DNA of 64,000 nucleotides from an uncultured virus (IMG/VR IMGVR_UViG_3300017783_000004) (Duplodnaviria; Heunggongvirae; Uroviricota; Caudoviricetes): IMG/VR virus record IMGVR_UViG_3300017783_000004; one strand, given 5' to 3'. Below the pieces are notes generated by a model. The model was not told the DNA's origin, did no database searches, and was given only the letters and a program-made list of their open reading frames with translations. Positions within the stretch are counted from its first letter, which is position 1. Each line of letters begins with the position of its first letter. The translations under genes and the position numbers were made by a program. Shown here piece by piece: positions 56,217 to 64,000 of this stretch.

Positions 56217-57042
56217 CTATTTCTCCTTTATGAAATGGACACTCTGGTGGAGGTTCCATTTCTTTGAAATTCTTACCTTTTTGTTTCCAATGTCCTTCAC
56301 TTCTATATGCACCCATATTGTTGGGTTTCTCTTTTAATAGTTTATCGTACTTCTCTCTGTTTACTTGGTCCATGCTAGGAAGTTCTTGTACTCTTTCTTC
56401 GGTTCTATCTTTGTGCCATCCAGCAGTGTCTTTTAACTGATAAGTCGATACCCATTCTTCTCTTTTAAAAGGTATAACTTGAACTAGGGGAGTTCCTTTT
56501 GGTATAACAAACGAATGACTAACTTTAGGATAGAAAATAATTTGTGAATTGTCTTGATTGATATTAAAGTCATCTGTATCTATAACACCTTGCCATGTTG
56601 CAAAATGATTGTTTTGAAATAAAAAGGGGTCTAAATAGAAACAAGAATAACCTTTTGGCGTTATTATATTCCAAGCATTTCTCATTTTAAATGCATCTTT
56701 AATTGGACCTTCTTCCCCCAAATAACTGAATGAGTGTGCAAACTGAGCTGCAGGATGAGAAGGAGATGCTTGAGATTGTGAAACCTCTTTGCCAAATTCT
56801 TGAGTATATGTTTTGCCGTTATCAAAAACAACTTCCATATCTCTATTTGCAAGAATATACCAACCAGATTTTAACCAATCATCCATTGCCGGACAAGCAC
56901 GAATAGTCTGTATTCTTTGTCCTCTATCGTGTTGAAAGACTTTCATCTTTTTCCACCAATCAGGACTTAACGATTTAGCAAGAACTGGTTTCCAGTCTCT
57001 AAGACTCTCTTCGTTAAATGTAGTGAAATCTATCGTTGGCAT
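56206..57042 (-). CDS. DUF6065-like protein
   Basis: TIRACPAMDDWL, WNIITPKGYS, GVIDTD, IPKGTPLVQVIPFKRE. Confidence 0.6.
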   Translation of the reverse strand: MPTIDFTTFNEESLRDWKPVLAKSLSPDWWKKMKVFQHDRGQRIQTIRACPAMDDWLKSGWYILANRDMEVVFDNGKTYTQEFGKEVSQSQASPSHPAAQFAHSFSYLGEEGPIKDAFKMRNAWNIITPKGYSCFYLDPFLFQNNHFATWQGVIDTDDFNINQDNSQIIFYPKVSHSFVIPKGTPLVQVIPFKREEWVSTYQLKDTAGWHKDRTEERVQELPSMDQVNREKYDKLLKEKPNNMGAYRSEGHWKQKGKNFKEMEPPPECPFHKGEIDGD

Positions 57043-57748
57043 TATATAATTCTTCCTTATCTACTAGTTCTATCTCGTCACCCCTAAGTACGATAGAACA
57101 TCTATCTGCATATCGAGCTCGTTCTGTTGGTGCATCTGCACCATGTGGTATTCTTCCATCAAACATTAACAATCTGTTTGGTTTAAACTCTATACTTCCT
57201 ATAGAATGTTTTTCTATGTGTTCTTCTCTTCCATCTAAACCGGCTTGATAAACACCTTTATCATAAAATCTTAAATCTCCACCCCATGCAGGATTCCAGA
57301 ATTTATTGTAGTAATATAGAAATGATAGGTTCCATTCATCTTGTTCATCACAATCACAATGAGTTGTACCATGTTGACCATGAGTTTGAGAATTGGTTCC
57401 CATATACTGAAATCTTTTCCATTTAAAACCAAAGTCTGTACATATTCTTCTGTTCAACCATCTAGCGTGTTCTACACTTTCGGTTGTTTCTCCATATTCC
57501 ATTTCTGGATTACCATAATCATCTGTTTTAAAGAATGATGCACCCCAAAGTTGATGATGAGGTAAACCTGTGGGATGTTGTGCGTTTACTTGATTTTGTT
57601 TAGCCCACCTAGGACCTTCAGAAGTTTTACGATGAATCCATCGATGTATAGAAGTCTCTAAGTAATCATCGATTACATAGACTTTATTTCCTAAAGGAAA
57701 GTCTTTAATAGTAAAAGGTTTATCTACCTTGACTATTTCTAGGGACAT
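57014..57748 (-). CDS. 2OG-Fe(II) oxygenase
   Basis: HCD, WNPAWGGDLRF, KPNRLLMFDGRIPH, RCSIV. Confidence 0.88.
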   Translation of the reverse strand: MSLEIVKVDKPFTIKDFPLGNKVYVIDDYLETSIHRWIHRKTSEGPRWAKQNQVNAQHPTGLPHHQLWGASFFKTDDYGNPEMEYGETTESVEHARWLNRRICTDFGFKWKRFQYMGTNSQTHGQHGTTHCDCDEQDEWNLSFLYYYNKFWNPAWGGDLRFYDKGVYQAGLDGREEHIEKHSIGSIEFKPNRLLMFDGRIPHGADAPTERARYADRCSIVLRGDEIELVDKEELYNANDRFHYI

Positions 57749-57751
57749 AAA

Positions 57752-58303
57752 CTACTCTATTAATGCTTTTTGTGGAGGTGGGAATCTATTAATATATTCT
57801 TCTACATCTGGAAGTAAATCTTCTCTAGTTGATTTTACATCATTCATAACATTTACATAGATGTTCCACAGTACATCATAGTATTCCAATACTCTTCTTG
57901 CATCTGACCTTAAAGGATGATTTGAACCATCTCTACCTGCAGCCATAACATCTACCAGACTTTCAAATCCATAAGATTGAATTTGTTGGTCTAAGTAATT
58001 TCTACCAACATCATTAATTTGTTGACTGTATTGATTGGATAATGTCACATCGGAAGGTGGAACAGAATTTTCAATGTAGTTTTCGATTGCATCTAACTCA
58101 ACATCTGTTAATGAAATTTTTTCTTGTTCATCAAACTGAACATTGTCTTTCCATTCCATAATCTTGACTTCGATGTCATCATAGATAAGAACATCATACT
58201 CAAACCCCAAATTAGGTTTATCGACATTATCATGTCTCCATTCTAGGCCATTTGGTTTTCTAATAGTGAGATGACCATTCTCACAATAAATTAACATATT
58301 CAT
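57752..58303 (-). CDS. Hypothetical protein, possible tail-fibre assembly/chaperone-like
   Basis: C-terminal YLDQQIQSYGFES...LW...LP pattern resembles tail-fibre-associated helical domains. Confidence 0.45.
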   Translation of the reverse strand: MNMLIYCENGHLTIRKPNGLEWRHDNVDKPNLGFEYDVLIYDDIEVKIMEWKDNVQFDEQEKISLTDVELDAIENYIENSVPPSDVTLSNQYSQQINDVGRNYLDQQIQSYGFESLVDVMAAGRDGSNHPLRSDARRVLEYYDVLWNIYVNVMNDVKSTREDLLPDVEEYINRFPPPQKALIE

Positions 58304-58317
58304 AACAACTCCATAAT

Positions 58318-59865
58318 TTAGTTTTGATGTTTGTTTTTAAATCTTTCATACATATTTAGGTGTTCTATTTCAGAAGTATCCATACCTTCAATCCAAGGAC
58401 CGCCTCTAGTATAATGTATAGCACAAGCACGCCACTTTTCTTCCTGTGTATCATGCCCCTCAGTTATAACATACCATTCTGGTATTTCTGATATCTTATC
58501 TGTCCATTCAAATTGATGTAGATATTTACCACTTTCAGTATTGATAACTTCTGGTGTAAGTTTTTTACAGTCTTCATGACCATTATTAAATATCATTAAT
58601 GATGACCAAAGTTTTTTAGGATAAGATACATTCTTTTCACCGTTAAATTTTGTTTCAGCATAAGTATCAAAATCATACTGAACACATGCAACTGCATCAT
58701 CTAAATCTAAGTAGTAGAACATTGGTAAGATACTTTCATTGAATAGTATATCATCATCAATAAAAATACTAAATCCTTCATAGTTTTCTAAGTAAGGAAT
58801 TAAGAATCTACTATATGTGAACTCTGTTGATTGAGCTGCATACTCTCTATTATACTCTGGAATCTTTGATATGTCAAGAAACTTTATCTCAGGAGTCCAA
58901 TCTCCTAATATATCATGTACATCACCACGACCTGCTCCAAATAATATACTACTCTTAAGACATTTAGCACTTAGTTCTGCAATGTCTTTGTGTCTACTAT
59001 CATATCCGACATAGATTGTCAAGGGTTTGCCAGCAGAAAGTTTATTTACTTTTTTATTGAAGTCTGTCACATCTCCTCTGAAGTTCATCTTCAATAAGTC
59101 ACTATGTATTTCTAAATATCCACGAGTGAATGAAAACGACATTGAGTAGTGGGCTGCATTTCTTTCTACAAGTTGCGACTTCATTTCCTCAATCATTTCA
59201 TCTATGGGTGTTTCTGGAAGAGGTATAGCATCGTGGTCATCCCATATCCATAAATCTAAGTCTGGGTCATCCATAGTTTCGAAAACACCTGAACGAACAG
59301 AACCTGGATGTATAGATAACTGATACATTCGTTCATCTCTGGAGTTCATACCTGCTGTAGCTACAGTACCTTGAATTGCATTCCATAGACCTTCTTTTCT
59401 GATACTATCGACTAACCAATGTGCCTTTGCACCATGATAATATACAGCATTAAGACTACCATCTTGTTGTTCGCTTAACTTAGTACCTGTAAATTCTTCT
59501 ATCTTTTGATATTCATCATTTGAATTTTTAAAATCCATACCTGCAATTCCTGGTTTTGGATTTTCGGGTGGTGCAGTGTATCCTTTAGAAAGAAAGTAAT
59601 GATATGCCCATGAATGAGATTGTAGTTTGTTCCAACCAAGAAACTTTTGTTCCTTGATTAACTTAGTCATATCACCCCATTTGACCTGTTTTAATTTTCC
59701 TGTTTTGTTCGCTGTCACCCATTTTAAAGATTTATATGCTTCTGTTTCTTTATAATCTTTTGATACATCAAAAGAACCCAACTGAACATGTGTGTTCTTA
59801 TCTGTTGGATCCCAATCTTTGAGAAGTTCCTTTGTGTGCTCGAGTGAGTCTGATTTTACGCTCAT
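58318..59865 (-). CDS. Fusion of unknown/ParB-like N-domain and GT8-like glycosyltransferase
   Basis: C-half IYVGYDSR, STEFTYSRFLIP, FIDDDILF (DxD), WSSLMIFN, IHYTRGGPW; N-half LVDSIRKEGL...IHPGSVR. Confidence 0.75.
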   Translation of the reverse strand: MSVKSDSLEHTKELLKDWDPTDKNTHVQLGSFDVSKDYKETEAYKSLKWVTANKTGKLKQVKWGDMTKLIKEQKFLGWNKLQSHSWAYHYFLSKGYTAPPENPKPGIAGMDFKNSNDEYQKIEEFTGTKLSEQQDGSLNAVYYHGAKAHWLVDSIRKEGLWNAIQGTVATAGMNSRDERMYQLSIHPGSVRSGVFETMDDPDLDLWIWDDHDAIPLPETPIDEMIEEMKSQLVERNAAHYSMSFSFTRGYLEIHSDLLKMNFRGDVTDFNKKVNKLSAGKPLTIYVGYDSRHKDIAELSAKCLKSSILFGAGRGDVHDILGDWTPEIKFLDISKIPEYNREYAAQSTEFTYSRFLIPYLENYEGFSIFIDDDILFNESILPMFYYLDLDDAVACVQYDFDTYAETKFNGEKNVSYPKKLWSSLMIFNNGHEDCKKLTPEVINTESGKYLHQFEWTDKISEIPEWYVITEGHDTQEEKWRACAIHYTRGGPWIEGMDTSEIEHLNMYERFKNKHQN

Positions 59866-59902
59866 AATATAGTTCCTTAATTTCTACACTAATATTTAGT
59901 GA

Positions 59903-61369
59903 TTAGGAATTAACAGGTGTTCCTGGCCATGTTTGTGACAATGAACCATCCCAACGGATAACAGGTGTTTGACCTTGTCTAGCATATGTACTAGGTGACC
60001 TATGTTGATAAGTCGTTGGTGTCTGACCTTGTCTAGCATATGTAGAAGGACTTCTATGTTGATAAGTCGTTGGTGTTTGACCTTGTCTAGCATATGTAGA
60101 AGGACTCTGATGTTGATATGTAAGAGGTGTCTGACTATTTGCAGGATTTCTGTAAGTAAACGGACTTCTATGGTCATATGTTAAAGGAGACCTGTGGTCA
60201 TATGTCAACGGACTTCTATGGTCATATGTAAATGGAGTCTGATTATTTCTTATAAACGGATTCTGAGCATTTACAGGATTCTGATAGTTCGCTGTTGTTT
60301 GTCTGTTTCTAATATTAGGTTCTTGTTGAGCTCTAATATTAGGTTCTTGTTGTGACCTTATGTTTGGTTCTTGAGCATTTCTAATAAACGGATTTTGTGC
60401 ATTAGCAATATACGGAGATTGTGCATTTCTAATATTAGGTTCTTGCGTTACCGTTTGACCTGAACGAATATTAGGTTCTTGTTTTGCCCTAATATTAGGT
60501 TGTTGAGCATTACTAGGTGATTGAGCATCTCTAATATTAGGTTCTTGTTGATTCTTAATAGTAGGTTGTTGAGCACTCTGCTGTTTGTTTCTAATATTAG
60601 GTTCTTGTTGTGACCTTATGTTTGGTTCTTGTGCTGACTGTTGCGCTGAACGAATATTAGGTTCTTGTTGTGACCTTATGTTTGGTTCTTGTGCATTTGA
60701 AGTGGTTTGTGCGTTTGCAATATAAGGTGTTTGTCTGTTTCTAATATTAGGTTCTTGTGCATTTGCAGTGTTTTGTCTGTTTGCAATATAAGGTGTTTGT
60801 GCATTTCTGATATTAGGTTCTTGAGCTGCACTAGCCCCTTGTGCATTAGCAATGTAAGGAGTCTGAAAGTTTCTGATATTTGGTTCTTGAGCAGACTGTT
60901 GAGAATCTCTTATATTAGGTTCTTGTTTGTTCTTAATTGTAGGTTGCTGAGCATTACTAGGTGACTGAGCATCTCTAATATTAGGTTCTTGTTGGTTTCT
61001 AATATTAGGTTGTTGTATGCTTCTAATATTGGGTTGCTGATTGTTCCTTATATTAGGTTCTTGATTATTCGCAATGTATGGACTCTGGAAAGTATAAGGT
61101 TGTTGACCAGTATAAGGAGTCTGACCATTCTTAATAGTAGGTTGTTGATTATTTCTAATATTAGGTTGTTGATTATTCGCAATATAAGGACTCTGGAAAG
61201 TATAAGGAGTCTGACCAGTATAAGGAGTCTGACCAGATGCAATATATGGCGACTGATATGTAAATGGTTGTTGACCAGTATAAGGTTGCTGGCCATTAGC
61301 AATAGACGGAGTTTGCACATTAGAAGTGCTTGGCGATTGAGCGATGCCAATTAGAGGTTGCTGTGGCAT
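59903..61369 (-). CDS. Gln/Asn/Pro-rich repeat protein
   Basis: Dozens of QEPNIRN / QTPYIAN / YDHRSP units; AGGGAG SD; synonymous variation between repeat copies. Confidence 0.85.
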   Translation of the reverse strand: MPQQPLIGIAQSPSTSNVQTPSIANGQQPYTGQQPFTYQSPYIASGQTPYTGQTPYTFQSPYIANNQQPNIRNNQQPTIKNGQTPYTGQQPYTFQSPYIANNQEPNIRNNQQPNIRSIQQPNIRNQQEPNIRDAQSPSNAQQPTIKNKQEPNIRDSQQSAQEPNIRNFQTPYIANAQGASAAQEPNIRNAQTPYIANRQNTANAQEPNIRNRQTPYIANAQTTSNAQEPNIRSQQEPNIRSAQQSAQEPNIRSQQEPNIRNKQQSAQQPTIKNQQEPNIRDAQSPSNAQQPNIRAKQEPNIRSGQTVTQEPNIRNAQSPYIANAQNPFIRNAQEPNIRSQQEPNIRAQQEPNIRNRQTTANYQNPVNAQNPFIRNNQTPFTYDHRSPLTYDHRSPLTYDHRSPFTYRNPANSQTPLTYQHQSPSTYARQGQTPTTYQHRSPSTYARQGQTPTTYQHRSPSTYARQGQTPVIRWDGSLSQTWPGTPVNS

Positions 61370-61409
61370 TAGATTTTACTCCCTAATCTTAATTTAATTA
61401 TCATCTTCA

Positions 61410-63512
61410 TTATTTTTGCCCAATTGGTAGACCTTGGTTGTTAAAGTTATGTGCTAACATTCCATTAACAAAGAAGTTCGAGTTATCTTCAATATCAGTT
61501 AAGTTATAAACTTCCATTTCTGAATGTTCTTCTACTGATACTATCTCTAGTCCCATTTCATCTTGTCTATCAAACATTATTCCATCTAACATACTGAATA
61601 CACTATCTCCAACTGTAAGTTCATGTGTTTCTATATCTTCCATCCAACTATGTTCTTTGACTGATTTCTCAACATCAAATGCACCCCATTCGCCATTTGG
61701 TAGCATCAATGGGTGAGTATCAGTCATCTGTAGAATTCTACCATCTGAGAATGTTATATCCCATATAGAACTGATTGGTTGAGGATTAATTTGTTGTATT
61801 CTCTTAGGTTCAAGTAATTTAGTACTTTCGTTCCAAGACATGACCCATTGACCAATAACACATGACTCGATAGGTGCATGTGAACCATCGCCTAACCATA
61901 TCATTGAACCTGGAGCGAAGCAACCTCCGCCTCCTCCTCCACCACCAAAGGTAAACGGATTTCTGTATCCATAAGATGCAGGAGACTGATTGTTTGCAAT
62001 CGAAGGCGTTCTATGTTGATAAGTGAAAGGATTTCTTCCACTAAATGGGTTTCTAGCAGAGTTTGGTTGTCTTGCCTGATAAGTGAACGGTTGTCTTGCA
62101 CTAAATGGTTGTCTAGCACTATTCGGTTGTCTTGCCTGATATGTACTAGGTGACCTGTGATTATATGAACTAGGCGACCTATGGTCGTATGTAAATGGTT
62201 GTCTTGCACTAAATGGGTTTCTAGCAGCGTTAGGTTGTCTTGCCTGATATGTACTAGGTGACCTATGTTGATATGTACTAGGCGACCTATGGTCATATGT
62301 ATATGGTGACCTGTGATTATATGTAGTAGGTGACCTATGGTTGTAAGTAAACGGATTACGATATGTAAACGGTGACCTATGGTCATAGGTAAATGGTGAC
62401 CTATGTTGATAAGTAAACGGACTTCTATAAGGCGACCTATGGTCATATGTACCAGGTTGTCTATTGTTGTAAGTACTAGGATTCTGGTAAATACTTGGCG
62501 ACTGATGCTGATAACTACTAGGTTGTCTGTTCTGATAGGTACTCGGATTCTGGTAAATACTTGGCGACTGATGCTGATAAGTACTAGGTTGTCTGTTCTG
62601 ATAGGTACTTGGATTCTGATAGATACTCGGTGACTGATGTTGATAAGTCAACGGACTTCTATGCTGATAAGTGAACGGACTTCTATAAGGCGACCTATGG
62701 TCATATGTCAACGGACTTCTATGGTCATATGTAAACGGACTTCTATAAGGTGACCTATGGTCATATGTTAAAGGAGACCTGTGATTATAAGTAAACGGAT
62801 TACGATATGTAAACGGTGACCTATGGTCATATGTAAATGGTGACCTATGTTGATAGATGAACGGACTTCTATAAGGAGACCTATGGTCATATGTATTAGG
62901 TTGTCTATTACTATATGTAGAAGGTGACCTATGGTCATATGTAAATGGTGACCTATGTTGATATGTCAACGGACTTCTATGTTGATATGTCAACGGACTT
63001 CTATGATTATATGTAGAAGGATCCTGATATGTTCTAGGGTCTCTATATGTAGAAGGTGACCTATGTTGATATGTGCCAGGTTGTCTAGCATTTCTAATAT
63101 TAGGTTCTTGTTGTGACCTAATATTTGGTTCTTGTTGATTTCTAATATTAGGTTCTTGTGCATTTACTGGATTTTGATAAATCGCAGGTTGTCTTCTATC
63201 TCTAATATTAGGTTCTTGTGCATTAGCAATATAAGGATAAGGATTCTGTTTGTTTCTTATATTAGGTTCTTGTGCATTAGCAATATAAGGATAAGGATTC
63301 TGTCTGTTTCTTATATTGGGTTCTTGTGCGTTTGCGATATAAGGATAAGGTTGTTGAACACTCTGTTGTCCAGAAGCATTATTCCAACCGGTAGGCGTCT
63401 TTACATAAATCTGGTCTGCAGCTTTCCATGTGCCTGAGTCTGTTTTTACCCATGCACCTCGGGTTGCATTCCAACCGGTTGGTGTTTTTACCTTTTGTGA
63501 GCCTGTCGCCAT
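61410..63512 (-). CDS. Repeat-rich fibre-like protein with C-terminal Hint domain
   Basis: N-terminal VKTPTGW motifs, QEPNIR and YxHRSP repeats, G7, then CFAPG...TDTHP...VYNL...FFVNGMLAHN. Confidence 0.88.
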   Translation of the reverse strand: MATGSQKVKTPTGWNATRGAWVKTDSGTWKAADQIYVKTPTGWNNASGQQSVQQPYPYIANAQEPNIRNRQNPYPYIANAQEPNIRNKQNPYPYIANAQEPNIRDRRQPAIYQNPVNAQEPNIRNQQEPNIRSQQEPNIRNARQPGTYQHRSPSTYRDPRTYQDPSTYNHRSPLTYQHRSPLTYQHRSPFTYDHRSPSTYSNRQPNTYDHRSPYRSPFIYQHRSPFTYDHRSPFTYRNPFTYNHRSPLTYDHRSPYRSPFTYDHRSPLTYDHRSPYRSPFTYQHRSPLTYQHQSPSIYQNPSTYQNRQPSTYQHQSPSIYQNPSTYQNRQPSSYQHQSPSIYQNPSTYNNRQPGTYDHRSPYRSPFTYQHRSPFTYDHRSPFTYRNPFTYNHRSPTTYNHRSPYTYDHRSPSTYQHRSPSTYQARQPNAARNPFSARQPFTYDHRSPSSYNHRSPSTYQARQPNSARQPFSARQPFTYQARQPNSARNPFSGRNPFTYQHRTPSIANNQSPASYGYRNPFTFGGGGGGGGCFAPGSMIWLGDGSHAPIESCVIGQWVMSWNESTKLLEPKRIQQINPQPISSIWDITFSDGRILQMTDTHPLMLPNGEWGAFDVEKSVKEHSWMEDIETHELTVGDSVFSMLDGIMFDRQDEMGLEIVSVEEHSEMEVYNLTDIEDNSNFFVNGMLAHNFNNQGLPIGQK
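61446..61922 (-). other. Hint (intein-like / BIL-type) autoprocessing domain, 159 aa, no homing endonuclease
   Basis: Cys1, TxxH block B, block F, terminal His-Asn; +1 residue is Phe. Confidence 0.85.
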
Positions 63513-63544
63513 ATTATATAGTCCTTAAAATACTATTCTATTTA

Positions 63545-64000
63545 TTAAGAGTAAAGAACCCATAAATCGCCAACTGCGCCATCACTTCCGCCTGGTGCTG
63601 ATGTTGACTGATATATGTTTCTCGCTGTGCCACCACTGTTTGTTGCATTTGTAATTGTCAATGCGCCAGTGTTTACTGCACTTGGGGTAATCGTTAAATC
63701 ACCTGTTGATGCACCTGTAAATGTTCCTGTTCCGAATGTGACTGCATCAGCACTTTCATCCCAACCAATAAATACATTGGCATCACTTCCTCTTTCGATA
63801 ACAAAACCTGAATCGCCTGAAGCAGAACCACTATTACCTGTCCCTAACTCTATAAGTTGGTCTTCGATAGTTGTATTTGTTGCCGAATTGGTTACTGTTG
63901 AACCATTAACTGTTAAGTCGCCTGTGAGAACTAAGTTTCCAAATTGAACATTACTTGATGTTCCAACTGCCTGTCCAATAGAGATTGTTGCGGTTGCACC
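63545..64000 (-). CDS. Tail fibre / structural protein, C-terminal part (truncated by the window edge; not in ORF track)
   Basis: Open frame ...GDLTVNGSTVT...IEDQLIELG...DSGFVIERG..NVFIGWDES...STSAPGGSDGAVGDLWVLYS*. Confidence 0.85.
   Translation of the reverse strand, partial: GATATISIGQAVGTSSNVQFGNLVLTGDLTVNGSTVTNSATNTTIEDQLIELGTGNSGSASGDSGFVIERGSDANVFIGWDESADAVTFGTGTFTGASTGDLTITPSAVNTGALTITNATNSGGTARNIYQSTSAPGGSDGAVGDLWVLYS

Noticed and set aside
61901..62446. 181-aa alternative-frame ORF within the repeat gene (also 59896-60177 and 61048-61350)
   Set aside because: Stop-free frames are expected by-products of repetitive coding sequence; no SD or slippery site was identified.
59960..63350. 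Dense nucleotide repeats resembling a CRISPR array or satellite
   Set aside because: Units are multiples of 3, stay in frame, vary at synonymous positions and have no unique spacers; they are coding repeats, and no cas genes are present.
1..64000. Stop-codon reassignment or alternative genetic code
   Set aside because: Core genes translate full length in the standard code, and TAA, TAG and TGA are all used as stops.

Overview
A 64-kb internal segment of a T4-like myophage (Tevenvirinae/Kyanoviridae-style gene order), probably infecting a marine proteobacterium (inferred from IscU, AhpC, peptide deformylase and curli genes). Essentially all genes are on the minus strand. Read in the direction of transcription (right to left), the window holds: the end of a tail-fibre gene; two proline-periodic repeat proteins, one ending in a poly-Gly/Hint domain; a tailoring cluster (GT8-like glycosyltransferase, 2OG-Fe(II) oxygenases); the neck/tail/head module gp13-gp23; gp3, uvsY, uvsW, gp55, gp47/46, def, a CobT/CobS-like pair, gp45/44/62 and regA; an accessory island (CsgF/CsgG, two curlin-like proteins, FecR, CHASE2 adenylate cyclase, QueC-like protein); hsp20, an atypical tRNA-Gly and ahpC; a DUF4338-cytidylyltransferase-BGT-like glycosyltransferase operon; lysozyme, gp43, iscU, nuclease, uvsX, gp41, a second DUF4338 paralogue and tRNA-Thr. 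The best candidates for new biology are: (1) a tRNA-Gly with the hallmarks of a non-proteinogenic glycyl donor beside a putative DNA-hypermodification operon; (2) a repeat-fibre plus Hint autoprocessing plus hydroxylase/glycosyltransferase cassette; (3) a curli-secretion plus FecR/CHASE2-cyclase module; and (4) a repeated early-promoter element that supplies the stop codon of the upstream gene in all five copies. All calls come from motif recognition by eye; no database searches were run.
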